Virus record (IMG/VR): IMGVR_UViG_3300025608_000806
Coordinates: 1-42,333 of that record
Direction: 5' to 3' (one strand)
Origin: a virus
Lineage: Duplodnaviria; Caudoviricetes
DNA: 42,333 bases
Each line of letters starts with the position of its first letter. Positions within the stretch are counted from its first letter, which is position 1. Position numbers and translations under genes: made by a program. The notes below the pieces were generated by a model. That model did not search any database. It saw only the letters and a program-made list of their open reading frames with translations, and had not been told where the DNA came from. Shown piece by piece: positions 17,163 to 26,444 of the stretch.

Positions 17163-18277
17163 ATGTTTAGATCTCCGTAATCTAAAGTTAGAGTGTTTGC
17201 TCGGGATGTTAGATTATTAAAGCTTTTAGCAGGTACAGTCCTAATTGTAATTCCCCTTCCGACATGTCCTTCTCGACGTGTTGCTTTTGAAGCGTTTCTT
17301 TCGAATCTGATAATAGGGAAATCGTCTTTGTCGAAGTGTTCGGGTTCTTTGTAATTGGCTGAGGTATTTATTGTTAAGGTGTTTCCGTCGAAGTTAAAGT
17401 CTTCATCGTCAAAGGATCTTTTGATTACTAGAGCGTCGTCAGAGCCGAATGCTAGGGTTTCATAGTCCATATCGGGTGCATTAATTACGAATATACTACC
17501 GTAGGGTAAATTATTTTTAGGGTTAATCATATTTAGTAACTTTGGATTTTCTTCATCCTGTACTAGTTTGAGATCTTCTGTACCTTTTCCCATACCGGGT
17601 TTTAATACTGCATCAAATACTTCTCTGTGTGTCTTCATAGCAGAAGACCATCTGAATGGTCCGTCCTTTTTAATCGATATAGGAATCACTCCAGAGCTGG
17701 TGTTTAGTCTAATATCTGCTTTTTTATTGTCCCCTACCTCTCTACCTACCCCTTCGGCAGAAGTTACTCCTTTATAGGTGTAGGACCTTGCAGGGCCTTT
17801 AAATACTACTGTTATCGGTCCTCCTTCTACTGCTATTCGTTCATTAATTTTAGTAACGACTATATCTTCATTATCTAGTCCTGCGTCTCCAACACTAGTT
17901 TGATTTTTATGTATAATTTCAATACCTTCTGGTGTTCTAAAGCCGCCGCCGCTTGATCCTGTAATTTGGTCTTTTTCATATCCCAACCCTCTTAAAGCTT
18001 GAAATATCTCTTGCCTTGGTCTATCGGTGTATATAATAATTCTATTTTTAGCGTGAGCTCTAATTTCGTCATCACCTAAATTTAACTTATCAATTAAGTC
18101 TTTTCCTAATTCCTGTGCCTCTGGGCTTAGATAGGAGAATGGATGTTTTTTCTCGCTTACCAGGTTGATTTCGAATAACTCTTCAAATATCTTTAGATCT
18201 TCTTTATTTTCAAGGTCTGGGTATCCTTTCTCACATCGGTAAGACCATTCTAGGAGTATCTTATCTATTAAATCCAT
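17159..18277 (-). CDS. Putative PD-(D/E)XK-fold endonuclease with N-terminal leader
   Basis: GLDNE...KKADIRL...ISIKK pattern resembles restriction-like nuclease catalytic motif; leader MDLIDKILLEWSYRCEKGYPD. Confidence 0.5.
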   Translation of the reverse strand: MDLIDKILLEWSYRCEKGYPDLENKEDLKIFEELFEINLVSEKKHPFSYLSPEAQELGKDLIDKLNLGDDEIRAHAKNRIIIYTDRPRQEIFQALRGLGYEKDQITGSSGGGFRTPEGIEIIHKNQTSVGDAGLDNEDIVVTKINERIAVEGGPITVVFKGPARSYTYKGVTSAEGVGREVGDNKKADIRLNTSSGVIPISIKKDGPFRWSSAMKTHREVFDAVLKPGMGKGTEDLKLVQDEENPKLLNMINPKNNLPYGSIFVINAPDMDYETLAFGSDDALVIKRSFDDEDFNFDGNTLTINTSANYKEPEHFDKDDFPIIRFERNASKATRREGHVGRGITIRTVPAKSFNNLTSRANTLTLDYGDLNI

Positions 18278-18282
18278 ATATT

Positions 18283-18765
18283 TTATGATGATGGTGTTAA
18301 TTCGTCAGGCAGTTCATCTCCTGTCGGTATATCCTCTACCTCTTCTTCGGGTTCAATTCCATCTATTGGAGCTTCTTCTTCGTCAGTTATAGCCTCATCT
18401 TCTTCTCCCTGTACTGTTACTTTTAGTAACTTAGAGATAGCTTTAGTTGCCATTTCTTCTTCTCCTAAATTTAATAAGTAATGCTTTTTACCTGCTACTT
18501 GAGCTACCCAAGATCTTTCTAAATCGTATAAGTAGAAAAACTGTCCGTTGCCAAGTATAACTTTATAGGTTGCTGGTTTAGGGGAGATCCATTCTATGTC
18601 TTTTACGAAGATTGGAAAATCCGCTGTCATTAAGTCTGTAAGTATTGGTATGAGGTGTGGGTGGTTTTTTAGGAGTTTGTATTCCTGGTATTTACCGCCC
18701 TCAATGGGATTCAGTTTTCGTGCTGCTACATCTCTTATTAAGGTTCGGAGTATGTTTTGATTCAT
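18283..18765 (-). CDS. Hypothetical protein with acidic tail
   Basis: 160 aa ORF; TATTTATT 3 nt before ATG. Confidence 0.7.
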   Translation of the reverse strand: MNQNILRTLIRDVAARKLNPIEGGKYQEYKLLKNHPHLIPILTDLMTADFPIFVKDIEWISPKPATYKVILGNGQFFYLYDLERSWVAQVAGKKHYLLNLGEEEMATKAISKLLKVTVQGEEDEAITDEEEAPIDGIEPEEEVEDIPTGDELPDELTPSS

Positions 18766-18778
18766 ATTAATAAATATG

Positions 18779-19351
18779 TTACTTCTTCTTTAAGTTCTCT
18801 AAATATTTAATAGCCTCTTCTTTCTGTTTAACTATATTTGAACTATTCCCTTTAGACCAGCTCTCTAATTCACCGGTTTCTGATATAAATCCATCGTTTG
18901 AACTATTAATTAAGTCATCAACCCATATTTCGTAATTTTGAATTGTGTTATCTATTTCAGAATTGTGTATCTTTTTCTGATACTCTTCCCATTCTCCTGA
19001 CGCTTTTAAAGATGTTTCAAACTTCACCTGACAGTTAAAGCATCTTTTGTTAATAGTGTAGAACTCTTTATCATACCGGTGATTCATAAGTTCGCTACAG
19101 TCTGGGCAGAATAGAGGCATCTTACTTATTTCTCTAGCTTTTTGTAGTTTGGATATATTTTGCTTAATACCGTTTTTAATAGTCCATTTCCTATCATCTT
19201 CCTCCCAAATATCACCTTCTTTCCTCTCTACTTCATCCTTCTTATAGCCTGCTGCAATAGTTGTACTAGCTCCATTTTTACCTTTAACGAGGTTTCGAAG
19301 TCTCTGTACATCTTTTTGTGCAAACTCTTTCTTTAGTTTAGATTCAGACAT
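18779..19351 (-). CDS. Zn-finger hypothetical protein
   Basis: CPDC...CFNC; EGDIWEE..RKWTIKNG segment. Confidence 0.7.
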   Translation of the reverse strand: MSESKLKKEFAQKDVQRLRNLVKGKNGASTTIAAGYKKDEVERKEGDIWEEDDRKWTIKNGIKQNISKLQKAREISKMPLFCPDCSELMNHRYDKEFYTINKRCFNCQVKFETSLKASGEWEEYQKKIHNSEIDNTIQNYEIWVDDLINSSNDGFISETGELESWSKGNSSNIVKQKEEAIKYLENLKKK

Positions 19352-19736
19352 TGTTTAGTACGTATTTACTTGTTTTATTAGTCTTAGGTTTAAGAGTATC
19401 TTTATTGTAAGATTTTAGAGTTCCTAGCTTTCTCATCTGGTTGTTGATTCTATTTTTAATAGCGAATTCTCCTTCACCATTTATCTCTACTTTCATTTCT
19501 GTAGGATTAAGTAGCGGTATAAACTTTACCTTTGCTTGTTTACCGGTTTCATACTCTTCTACTTCTATAACATTTACTGCTCTCTCCTCTATTTGTTTTG
19601 TTTCAGAGTTAAAGAACTTTCTCGCTTCTTCCGTGAAGTTAACTTTAAAGTCGTGAGTACTACTAAACCATAACTCTATGTTATTTAAGACTTGAGTTAA
19701 GTTTTTTTCGTTCGGTGTTACAATCTTATATGCCAT
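19344..19736 (-). CDS. Hypothetical protein with its own sigma-type promoter
   Basis: 130 aa ORF. Confidence 0.65.
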   Translation of the reverse strand: MAYKIVTPNEKNLTQVLNNIELWFSSTHDFKVNFTEEARKFFNSETKQIEERAVNVIEVEEYETGKQAKVKFIPLLNPTEMKVEINGEGEFAIKNRINNQMRKLGTLKSYNKDTLKPKTNKTSKYVLNNV

Positions 19737-19751
19737 ATCTTATATAACCTA

Positions 19752-19780
19752 AAGATACGAACATTTTATATAAGAAGCAA
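19752..19780 (-). promoter_or_regulatory. Bipartite promoter TTGCTT-N17-TATCTT(TA)
   Basis: 17 nt spacer; TATCTTTA is one mismatch from the Bacteroidota -7 consensus TAnnTTTG. Confidence 0.65.
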
Positions 19781-21265
19781 CTACTTCTTAAGTTGATCCA
19801 TTAATTTAGATACTACTTTATCTTTTACATCTTTCGTATAAAATGAAGACTCTCCTAAACCGCCTTCTCTATCTAAAGTTTCTCTATCATGATCCATTTG
19901 ATCTTTAGTCATTTGAGCTAAGAATGCTGCTTTAGGATCTTCTGGTAGTTTGTCTATTTCGCCCCTCTTTATTTTTTGTATAAAGTATACCTTAGCTTCA
20001 TCGTCTAAACTATCTTCAGTTACCATAGCGTCGATTGCTGGTTCTTTTAATTCAAACTCTAGGTAGTGCTTAGCGCCTGAGATCATATTTTTAGCAGTAG
20101 TTACTTTTGATTGCCACCAATGTGGAAGATCAACTTCACCGTGTATGTCTTCTAAATCATCCATCATTTGGTATAATTCCATAGAATATTTTCCGATTTT
20201 ATATAAATCGCCTTTTAACATTCCTGGTTCATTATCTTGGTGACCAAGATCCATATCTTCATCTAGGCCTCTAAAATTACCTTTATGAGCTTTAAGAGCT
20301 TGCATAATTGCGTAAACAGCATCTTGTTCTGAGTAATCATAGTAGTTAGCCATTGACGTAATAAACCTACTTACCTTATTAACTACTTCTTGGCTAATAT
20401 TCCCCTCTTTGATAGATTCTTTAAATGATCTTATAGTCTTTTTAACTTCATCTTTAAATAGTTTAAGACTATCTTCAAACTCTTCATGCTTTCCGGCTGC
20501 TAACATATCAATAGCATCTTCTAAATAAGCATTCTCTCTATGGTAATTTACAGCTTCGAAATCATTTGATACTTTTTTAAGGTCTTCTATTGATGTTCCT
20601 GCATGTAGTTTTAATGCATGAGCTAACATTGCATCGAAGTCATGATCTTTCTCCATCCCTTTACCTATATTGTATTCTTCTTTTACTTCTTTATCTTTAA
20701 GAGCTTTTTCCATCGACTCTTCTGTATCACCGTCTTTATCTACATCTGGGTAGTCAGGTCTTTTTTCTTCCGCTACAGTTTCTTCTTCAACTTCATCTAC
20801 TTCCATCCAATCCCAATCGCCTCCAGGTCCACCTCTTGAAGCTTCTGCAGATGCAGTATAATCTTTTCCTGTAGATTCACTATGACCGGTAAGAGAGATT
20901 GTTGCATTATATGCATCCATTTGATCGATTACATCGTCAAACTCCCATTTTATATCTTTAGGTAATTCAACGGTCTCTTCAATCTTCTCTTCTTTGATTC
21001 TTAAGTCAATACCATCTTGGACAGGAGCGTATTTATTATATAATGCTATAGCTTCTGGGCTGTTATTTAGCATTTTTAGAAGTCTTTTTAGTTCTCCTTG
21101 CTCGTTAGTTCCTTTATCGTATGTTCTAGGGTCATCGGACATGTAGTAGAACCAGTCGTGGCTCTTTAACTCTCTTTCAAGATCCTGCATAAGGTGATCC
21201 ATATCTCCTTCGTTTACTTTTAATCTACCTTCGGCGAGGTATTTTCTTAAATCAAAGTTATTCAT
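19781..21265 (-). CDS. Acidic mosaic protein, putative internal head protein
   Basis: 494 aa; leader MNNFDLRKYLAE; modules HDWFYYMSDD, DVDKDGD, LPHWWQSKVT separated by VNE/IKE/LDE/VTE. Confidence 0.6.
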   Translation of the reverse strand: MNNFDLRKYLAEGRLKVNEGDMDHLMQDLERELKSHDWFYYMSDDPRTYDKGTNEQGELKRLLKMLNNSPEAIALYNKYAPVQDGIDLRIKEEKIEETVELPKDIKWEFDDVIDQMDAYNATISLTGHSESTGKDYTASAEASRGGPGGDWDWMEVDEVEEETVAEEKRPDYPDVDKDGDTEESMEKALKDKEVKEEYNIGKGMEKDHDFDAMLAHALKLHAGTSIEDLKKVSNDFEAVNYHRENAYLEDAIDMLAAGKHEEFEDSLKLFKDEVKKTIRSFKESIKEGNISQEVVNKVSRFITSMANYYDYSEQDAVYAIMQALKAHKGNFRGLDEDMDLGHQDNEPGMLKGDLYKIGKYSMELYQMMDDLEDIHGEVDLPHWWQSKVTTAKNMISGAKHYLEFELKEPAIDAMVTEDSLDDEAKVYFIQKIKRGEIDKLPEDPKAAFLAQMTKDQMDHDRETLDREGGLGESSFYTKDVKDKVVSKLMDQLKK

Positions 21266-21266
21266 A

Positions 21267-22838
21267 TTATTTATTGAAAAATTCTTTTAATGTTTCTATT
21301 TCGTTTATTGCGCAACTATCCTTTCCTTTTAGGTAAGGTTTCTTACATCCGCTTCCTTTAACATGGACTCTTCCGCATCTGTGACAGCAGGTTGCTTTTG
21401 CTTCATTAACTACTGAAAGGTTTGGTCCTCCTGGTTGTGATGTTATTTTAATTTTATTCTTGGTAATGTACTGTAGAATGTACTTTTCTTCAGGTTTTAG
21501 ATTGTTCTGTTTAGAGAAACGATCTACAGCCATTTCTGTTGCATCTTCTCCGTACTTCTTTTTGAATTTAGAGATTATAGCTTTAGCTCTACCTTTCGGA
21601 GATGTTGGGTTTTCTAAAAATTTATCGTATATGTCCTTTTTTGCTTCATTTATACCTCTCATATCGAAACCTGACATTTCTCCATGTTTTTTAAATTTAG
21701 ATTTTTTTTCCTTTTCTAAAGCTTCTATTTCACCGTCTTTATTATAGATGTTTGTTGCTTTAGTTTTACCATAACCTTTATCATAAGACACATTATAGTA
21801 TGTTCTATCCATTTGGTCTTTATCTACGAAAGTAACTTCGGCTGGGTGTCCAAGATATGTTACTTTGTCTCCTACTTTATATTCTTCTTTAGTTTCGTTA
21901 ACATTTTGTAAAGCGTTTAATCTTTTAGCTTCAGCATCTGCTCTTTCTTTAGTAGCAAAGTCAGTTACTATTTCATCTCCTAACCATACTTGGTATGTGT
22001 TATTTGATTTTGAATGTTTAACTGTATGTTTTGATACATCTTCGTTTAGATCCTCTTCGTTAATTGAGAAAGTTAATTCTTTATTTAGTTCGTTACTATA
22101 TTCTTTCTTTAAGGCGGAGATATAGTTTCTAAATAGAGTGAAGTTTTGGTTTATAGTAGCTCTCATATCAATTTCTTGACTACCTTCAGCATTGAGCCCT
22201 TTTGCAGCTTTCATAAGATCTACAAATCTATTATCTAGATCATCTAAATAAGCTCCGAACGTCATTTCTTTAACTTCGTTAATTGTAGATTCTTTTAACT
22301 CTTCATACATACCTTTCTTTAAGGTGATAGTAATGCCTCCTGCTTGATTAGGTTGAGCAAAGTAACCGTGCTTTTTAGCCTTATCTATTAGACGTTCTTT
22401 TGTAGCGTCATCTAAAGGTTCAGAGATAATAACCTTATTACCGTGTCGTCTATAAGGAATACCTCCTACTACTTTATCTACATTTTCTTTTAATTCGTCC
22501 TTGTTTATTAAGGTTAGTTTAAAAGAGTCATGTAGACCAGTTTTCTTTTTACCTGCTTTACCGTTAGTAACTCTAACATAAGCATCATGTTTACCAACTT
22601 TTCCGTCTACTCTTTGGTAGATGTTACCGTGTTGATTTTTAACATAATCTCCTGGCATAATTTGACCTCCTTTAGCTTCACCTACTCTCTCTTTTAGAGC
22701 GTTTTTAGCAGATCTTTTATACATGTTATACATCATAATAACCTCTACCGGTTTATCTCTTATTGCTTCAAGTTTAGGAAGCTGTGCCGGAAAATGCTTC
22801 TCAAGAAAATCTTTGAGAAGGGTATAGTAATCTTTCAT
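21267..22838 (-). CDS. Basic mosaic protein, putative internal head protein
   Basis: 523 aa; small modules (PGDYV, KVGDKV SH3/KOW-like; CCHRCGRVH..C) separated by LKE/INE/LNE/VNE. Confidence 0.6.
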   Translation of the reverse strand: MKDYYTLLKDFLEKHFPAQLPKLEAIRDKPVEVIMMYNMYKRSAKNALKERVGEAKGGQIMPGDYVKNQHGNIYQRVDGKVGKHDAYVRVTNGKAGKKKTGLHDSFKLTLINKDELKENVDKVVGGIPYRRHGNKVIISEPLDDATKERLIDKAKKHGYFAQPNQAGGITITLKKGMYEELKESTINEVKEMTFGAYLDDLDNRFVDLMKAAKGLNAEGSQEIDMRATINQNFTLFRNYISALKKEYSNELNKELTFSINEEDLNEDVSKHTVKHSKSNNTYQVWLGDEIVTDFATKERADAEAKRLNALQNVNETKEEYKVGDKVTYLGHPAEVTFVDKDQMDRTYYNVSYDKGYGKTKATNIYNKDGEIEALEKEKKSKFKKHGEMSGFDMRGINEAKKDIYDKFLENPTSPKGRAKAIISKFKKKYGEDATEMAVDRFSKQNNLKPEEKYILQYITKNKIKITSQPGGPNLSVVNEAKATCCHRCGRVHVKGSGCKKPYLKGKDSCAINEIETLKEFFNK

Positions 22839-22859
22839 ATAGTAATAAATAGTATTGTA

Positions 22860-25800
22860 TTATAAAGAAGGTAGATTTAGCTTTTTAGCTTCTGGCCTCC
22901 ATCGGTTAAGTATGTCTACTTTAGCCTCTGCATCTATTTTTCCGTTATTTACAAAGATATCTAAATATGCTTCGGCTACTTCTTTGAAGGGTTTCTTCAT
23001 CTTCTTTGCTTTGTAATATAGTCCTTGTAACATTGCCGGTATCTCTTTATCTAAAAGGTAGTAGTTACTTGCTGGCATTATACCTAATTGTTGTATATAG
23101 AATCTTAAATCTTGATCATCCGGTAATTCTTTTGAAAGTATTACATTATACCCGGATTGTGTTAAGTGTTCAATTTCGTGTCTAACGATGTCTTTCAGGT
23201 CCATTGATATAGTAGACCAGAGTCTAGGTAAGGTGCGGGGATCCACTTGAAAATACAGGGAGATGTTACCGTCCATGCCGGTATCTTCTACGTTACCTTC
23301 CTCGTCGTATGTTTCCGACTCTCCTGCATCTGCATCACCGTCGGGTGAATATATACTCTCTTTAGTCTCTATGAAGTTGAGGTCTGCTTCTAAATCAAAT
23401 ACAATAGACCTTCCTTTCTTATTGAGAAGGTTGTAACTCTTTTCGAAAGATGCTTTTTTTATTGTACTATCTTTATCGAATTGTTCTTTCCATGCTTTGA
23501 ATATGTCTGAGGATACTTGGGCAGTTATTGTATCGTATGTTCCTTCGTTTAGTTTAGGAGTATTGTCATGTCCGCATTTATGGCAGAGGTATGGTGATTT
23601 TCCTCCGGTTTCTTTTTTCCAGGACCATCCACAGTTCGAACATTCAATTCTATCTGCTGTTAGATCTTCCTCTAACTCTCTTGCTAATTCTACTGCGTAT
23701 GCGTTTAGTCCAAATGGATCTTTCTTTGTATTTTTTATGTTTTCATTTACGCTATCAGTCCAATTCCTGAATGTCATTGTACCTTTTAGGTTAGCTTCTT
23801 TCTCTAGATCGTTTAGATTATCATCTTCGTGAGTGTTTGTAGTTGTTATATTTTCTAACCTTCCTTCAAGATTTTGCATGTGGTGAATCATTTCATGTGC
23901 AAATGATCTTACAATATCTTTAGGGTGTCTTCCTTCTGTGTATAGTACTATTGTACTTGATGCTGGATCGTAGTAGGCAGTCTTTCCAAAGAAGTCTCTT
24001 GCATTTTCGGAATCTCCGTTTATAAATTTGACTGTAGGTAGAGGTTCAATCCTCATACCTTTAGCTTTCATATGATCTGTTAGTTTTGCTATCTTATACT
24101 GGACTTTATTATCTTTGTTGTAAGATGCATTTTCAACTAGCATAGATTTTATGGAGGTCTCAGGGTACTTATCCTTTAATCCCGCTACTGCGTCCACGTT
24201 TTTTTGAGAATCATCTCTAAACTCAATATTATTGTACCCTTTTTTGATTTGAGCTTCAATCCATCGAGATTTATCCTTTGGATCACTTGACCCTAACCCT
24301 ACTACATAAGGTTCTATGTTAAATTCATCCTTCAGGTACTTTTTAACCGGGTATCCTAGTAATCTTGCTGTTAAGATTGTAGTTTTTTCTGTCGGGTCGT
24401 TATAAGATTTTATTAAGTCTTGTATGTTATCCTCTAACGGTTTAGCTTTCTTTATTACAGAGCTAAATTCAGAGAAGTTAAACGTATCTCCTTCTTTAGG
24501 AACATATACTGCGTATTCGGCAGGTGTTAGTCCTGATTTGGTTCCGTCTTTATGAGTTATGTGTATTCTAGCGTCAACATGTACTAATGTATCGTCAAAA
24601 TCAAAGACTCTTAATTTCTTCTCTCCCTTATTCTCTTCTAATCCTTTTGTTTTCTCTAAAGCATCCCCTGCTTTTTTAGCGTCTTTATAAGCGTTTGAGT
24701 TCTTATGAGATGCTTTCTTACCGGCTTTCTTCTTAGCGTTTATGTTAGCCCACAATCCCTCGTCTACTGGGATATAACCAGATCCGTATGGAGCTGCTTT
24801 TTCTCGGTTCTGTGGAATAACGTTCTCTGTTTGAGTTTTCTTTCTCCTGTAGTATAGTACTAATGCTCTTCGAGATGGCTTAGATAGACCTTTCCATAAT
24901 CCTTTCAATAGGTCTGGTTGGTTTTTCATTCTATCCAACATCGCTGCGTGCGGTTCCCATAGATCTGCTGCTGCATCAGTGTCTTCGACAATAACTTCCT
25001 CTTTTATCTCTTCTGCTAATCCTAGAGCGTTAATATACTCATCTGCAGTAATACCTGCTGGTATGTACTTTTCAACTTCTGACTTATCTCTATTTAGTAG
25101 TGCTACTCTTAAGTCTGTTGCTGAGGTGTTTCCTATACCGGCTGATTCAAAGCTATTTACTTCTACGTTCGGTAATTTTTCATCTATGTTTTTAAATCTT
25201 GCTTTATCATCTTTACCGAAGACTGCTATATAGGGTTGGTCTTTATTTGCTTCAAACTCTTTATAAGCTGCTAGTACTGGGGATTTTTCTGGAGATATTA
25301 TTATATTAACGTTACTGGGTATGATATTCTTATCTTTAAGTATGTTGAATATTCTTAGGGACTGTTCTGCACTTATTGCTTCTTGTCCGTCTTTTGCTCT
25401 CGTAGAAGGGCTTATGAATACAAGGACCTTACCTTCGTTCCCTACTTTTTCAGAAGCAGCGATAATTCTATTAACATGATCTTTATGAGGAGGTTTAAAT
25501 GCTCCAGGAAAGATAGCTATTTTTGTTTTCTCTTCTTCCTCTAAATATTCTACTCTTAAACTATTACGTGTATTTGCTCTATAAGATTCCTCTAGTTGAG
25601 CTACAGTATCTAGTGCCTTCTGTTTAGTGTCTCCTTTGGGTGTACCTTTCTCTGCCGCTCCAACTTTAATAGATTTCTTAAAATAACCTTTTACTCTATT
25701 TTTGGAACGTTCGTTTTTTAGAGATTTTACTTTGGGTATTATGTCTTCAAACGTTCCATTAAGGTCGTAATCCTTGAGTAGTTTTCTAACGTCTTCGAAA

Positions 25801-26444
25801 TTTTTAGATTGCCATACTATATTACTATTTAATATCTTATAGTTGTCTCCGTAAGTAACAAGTCTCAAGGTTAGTCCAGAAGTATCTATATGAAATTCAT
25901 ATTCCTGTCCTTCCCCGGCTTGCGGTATGTTAGTAATATTTAATCTCTTAAATACGTCTTCTGGTTTTTCTTCTAGTAACGGTGTCTTTATTAACCCTAG
26001 TACTAGTCCTTGAATCTCTGCTGGGTAGTCTAGGATGGTCTTCTTAAACTCTCCTTCTTCTTTAGAGAGAGAAATTATGTTATCTACCTGTACAAACTCT
26101 CCTGGGATACCGGAAATGGGGTACAGGTTAGAAACCATCTCTCCGTGGTTAATATACTTCCTCCCTTTGTATTTAGGATTTTGTAGCGGTGGTAGTTCGT
26201 TGTCGGGTAGGGATTGAAATAGATCTGCTATTGCCTTCTTAACTTCCTTTTTAGTTTTATCAGTTTCAATCGTTACTATAATATCGATATCTCCGAAATC
26301 CTCTTTCTCTGGCCTATTAAATGAACCGGAAAGTTTAGCATCTTTAAATCCTCCTATCTTAGATAGTATGTTATCTGTATAGTCTTTTACTGTCTGCTCG
26401 ACTGCAGATCTTGGTATTCTGGTTCCTCCTGCTGCTCCTGACAT
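22860..26444 (-). CDS. Multidomain protein: Pol-beta-type nucleotidyltransferase + HxGH cytidylyltransferase-like + HAD phosphatase + HEXXH zincin + Zn ribbon + second HEXXH domain
   Basis: SGSF..GDIDII..QVD; FPGAFKPPHKDH...SATDLR; VFDFDDTL..TAR..DK..FRDD; AHEMIHHMQ; CSNC..CHKC; RHEIEHLTQ. Confidence 0.8.
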   Translation of the reverse strand: MSGAAGGTRIPRSAVEQTVKDYTDNILSKIGGFKDAKLSGSFNRPEKEDFGDIDIIVTIETDKTKKEVKKAIADLFQSLPDNELPPLQNPKYKGRKYINHGEMVSNLYPISGIPGEFVQVDNIISLSKEEGEFKKTILDYPAEIQGLVLGLIKTPLLEEKPEDVFKRLNITNIPQAGEGQEYEFHIDTSGLTLRLVTYGDNYKILNSNIVWQSKNFEDVRKLLKDYDLNGTFEDIIPKVKSLKNERSKNRVKGYFKKSIKVGAAEKGTPKGDTKQKALDTVAQLEESYRANTRNSLRVEYLEEEEKTKIAIFPGAFKPPHKDHVNRIIAASEKVGNEGKVLVFISPSTRAKDGQEAISAEQSLRIFNILKDKNIIPSNVNIIISPEKSPVLAAYKEFEANKDQPYIAVFGKDDKARFKNIDEKLPNVEVNSFESAGIGNTSATDLRVALLNRDKSEVEKYIPAGITADEYINALGLAEEIKEEVIVEDTDAAADLWEPHAAMLDRMKNQPDLLKGLWKGLSKPSRRALVLYYRRKKTQTENVIPQNREKAAPYGSGYIPVDEGLWANINAKKKAGKKASHKNSNAYKDAKKAGDALEKTKGLEENKGEKKLRVFDFDDTLVHVDARIHITHKDGTKSGLTPAEYAVYVPKEGDTFNFSEFSSVIKKAKPLEDNIQDLIKSYNDPTEKTTILTARLLGYPVKKYLKDEFNIEPYVVGLGSSDPKDKSRWIEAQIKKGYNNIEFRDDSQKNVDAVAGLKDKYPETSIKSMLVENASYNKDNKVQYKIAKLTDHMKAKGMRIEPLPTVKFINGDSENARDFFGKTAYYDPASSTIVLYTEGRHPKDIVRSFAHEMIHHMQNLEGRLENITTTNTHEDDNLNDLEKEANLKGTMTFRNWTDSVNENIKNTKKDPFGLNAYAVELARELEEDLTADRIECSNCGWSWKKETGGKSPYLCHKCGHDNTPKLNEGTYDTITAQVSSDIFKAWKEQFDKDSTIKKASFEKSYNLLNKKGRSIVFDLEADLNFIETKESIYSPDGDADAGESETYDEEGNVEDTGMDGNISLYFQVDPRTLPRLWSTISMDLKDIVRHEIEHLTQSGYNVILSKELPDDQDLRFYIQQLGIMPASNYYLLDKEIPAMLQGLYYKAKKMKKPFKEVAEAYLDIFVNNGKIDAEAKVDILNRWRPEAKKLNLPSL

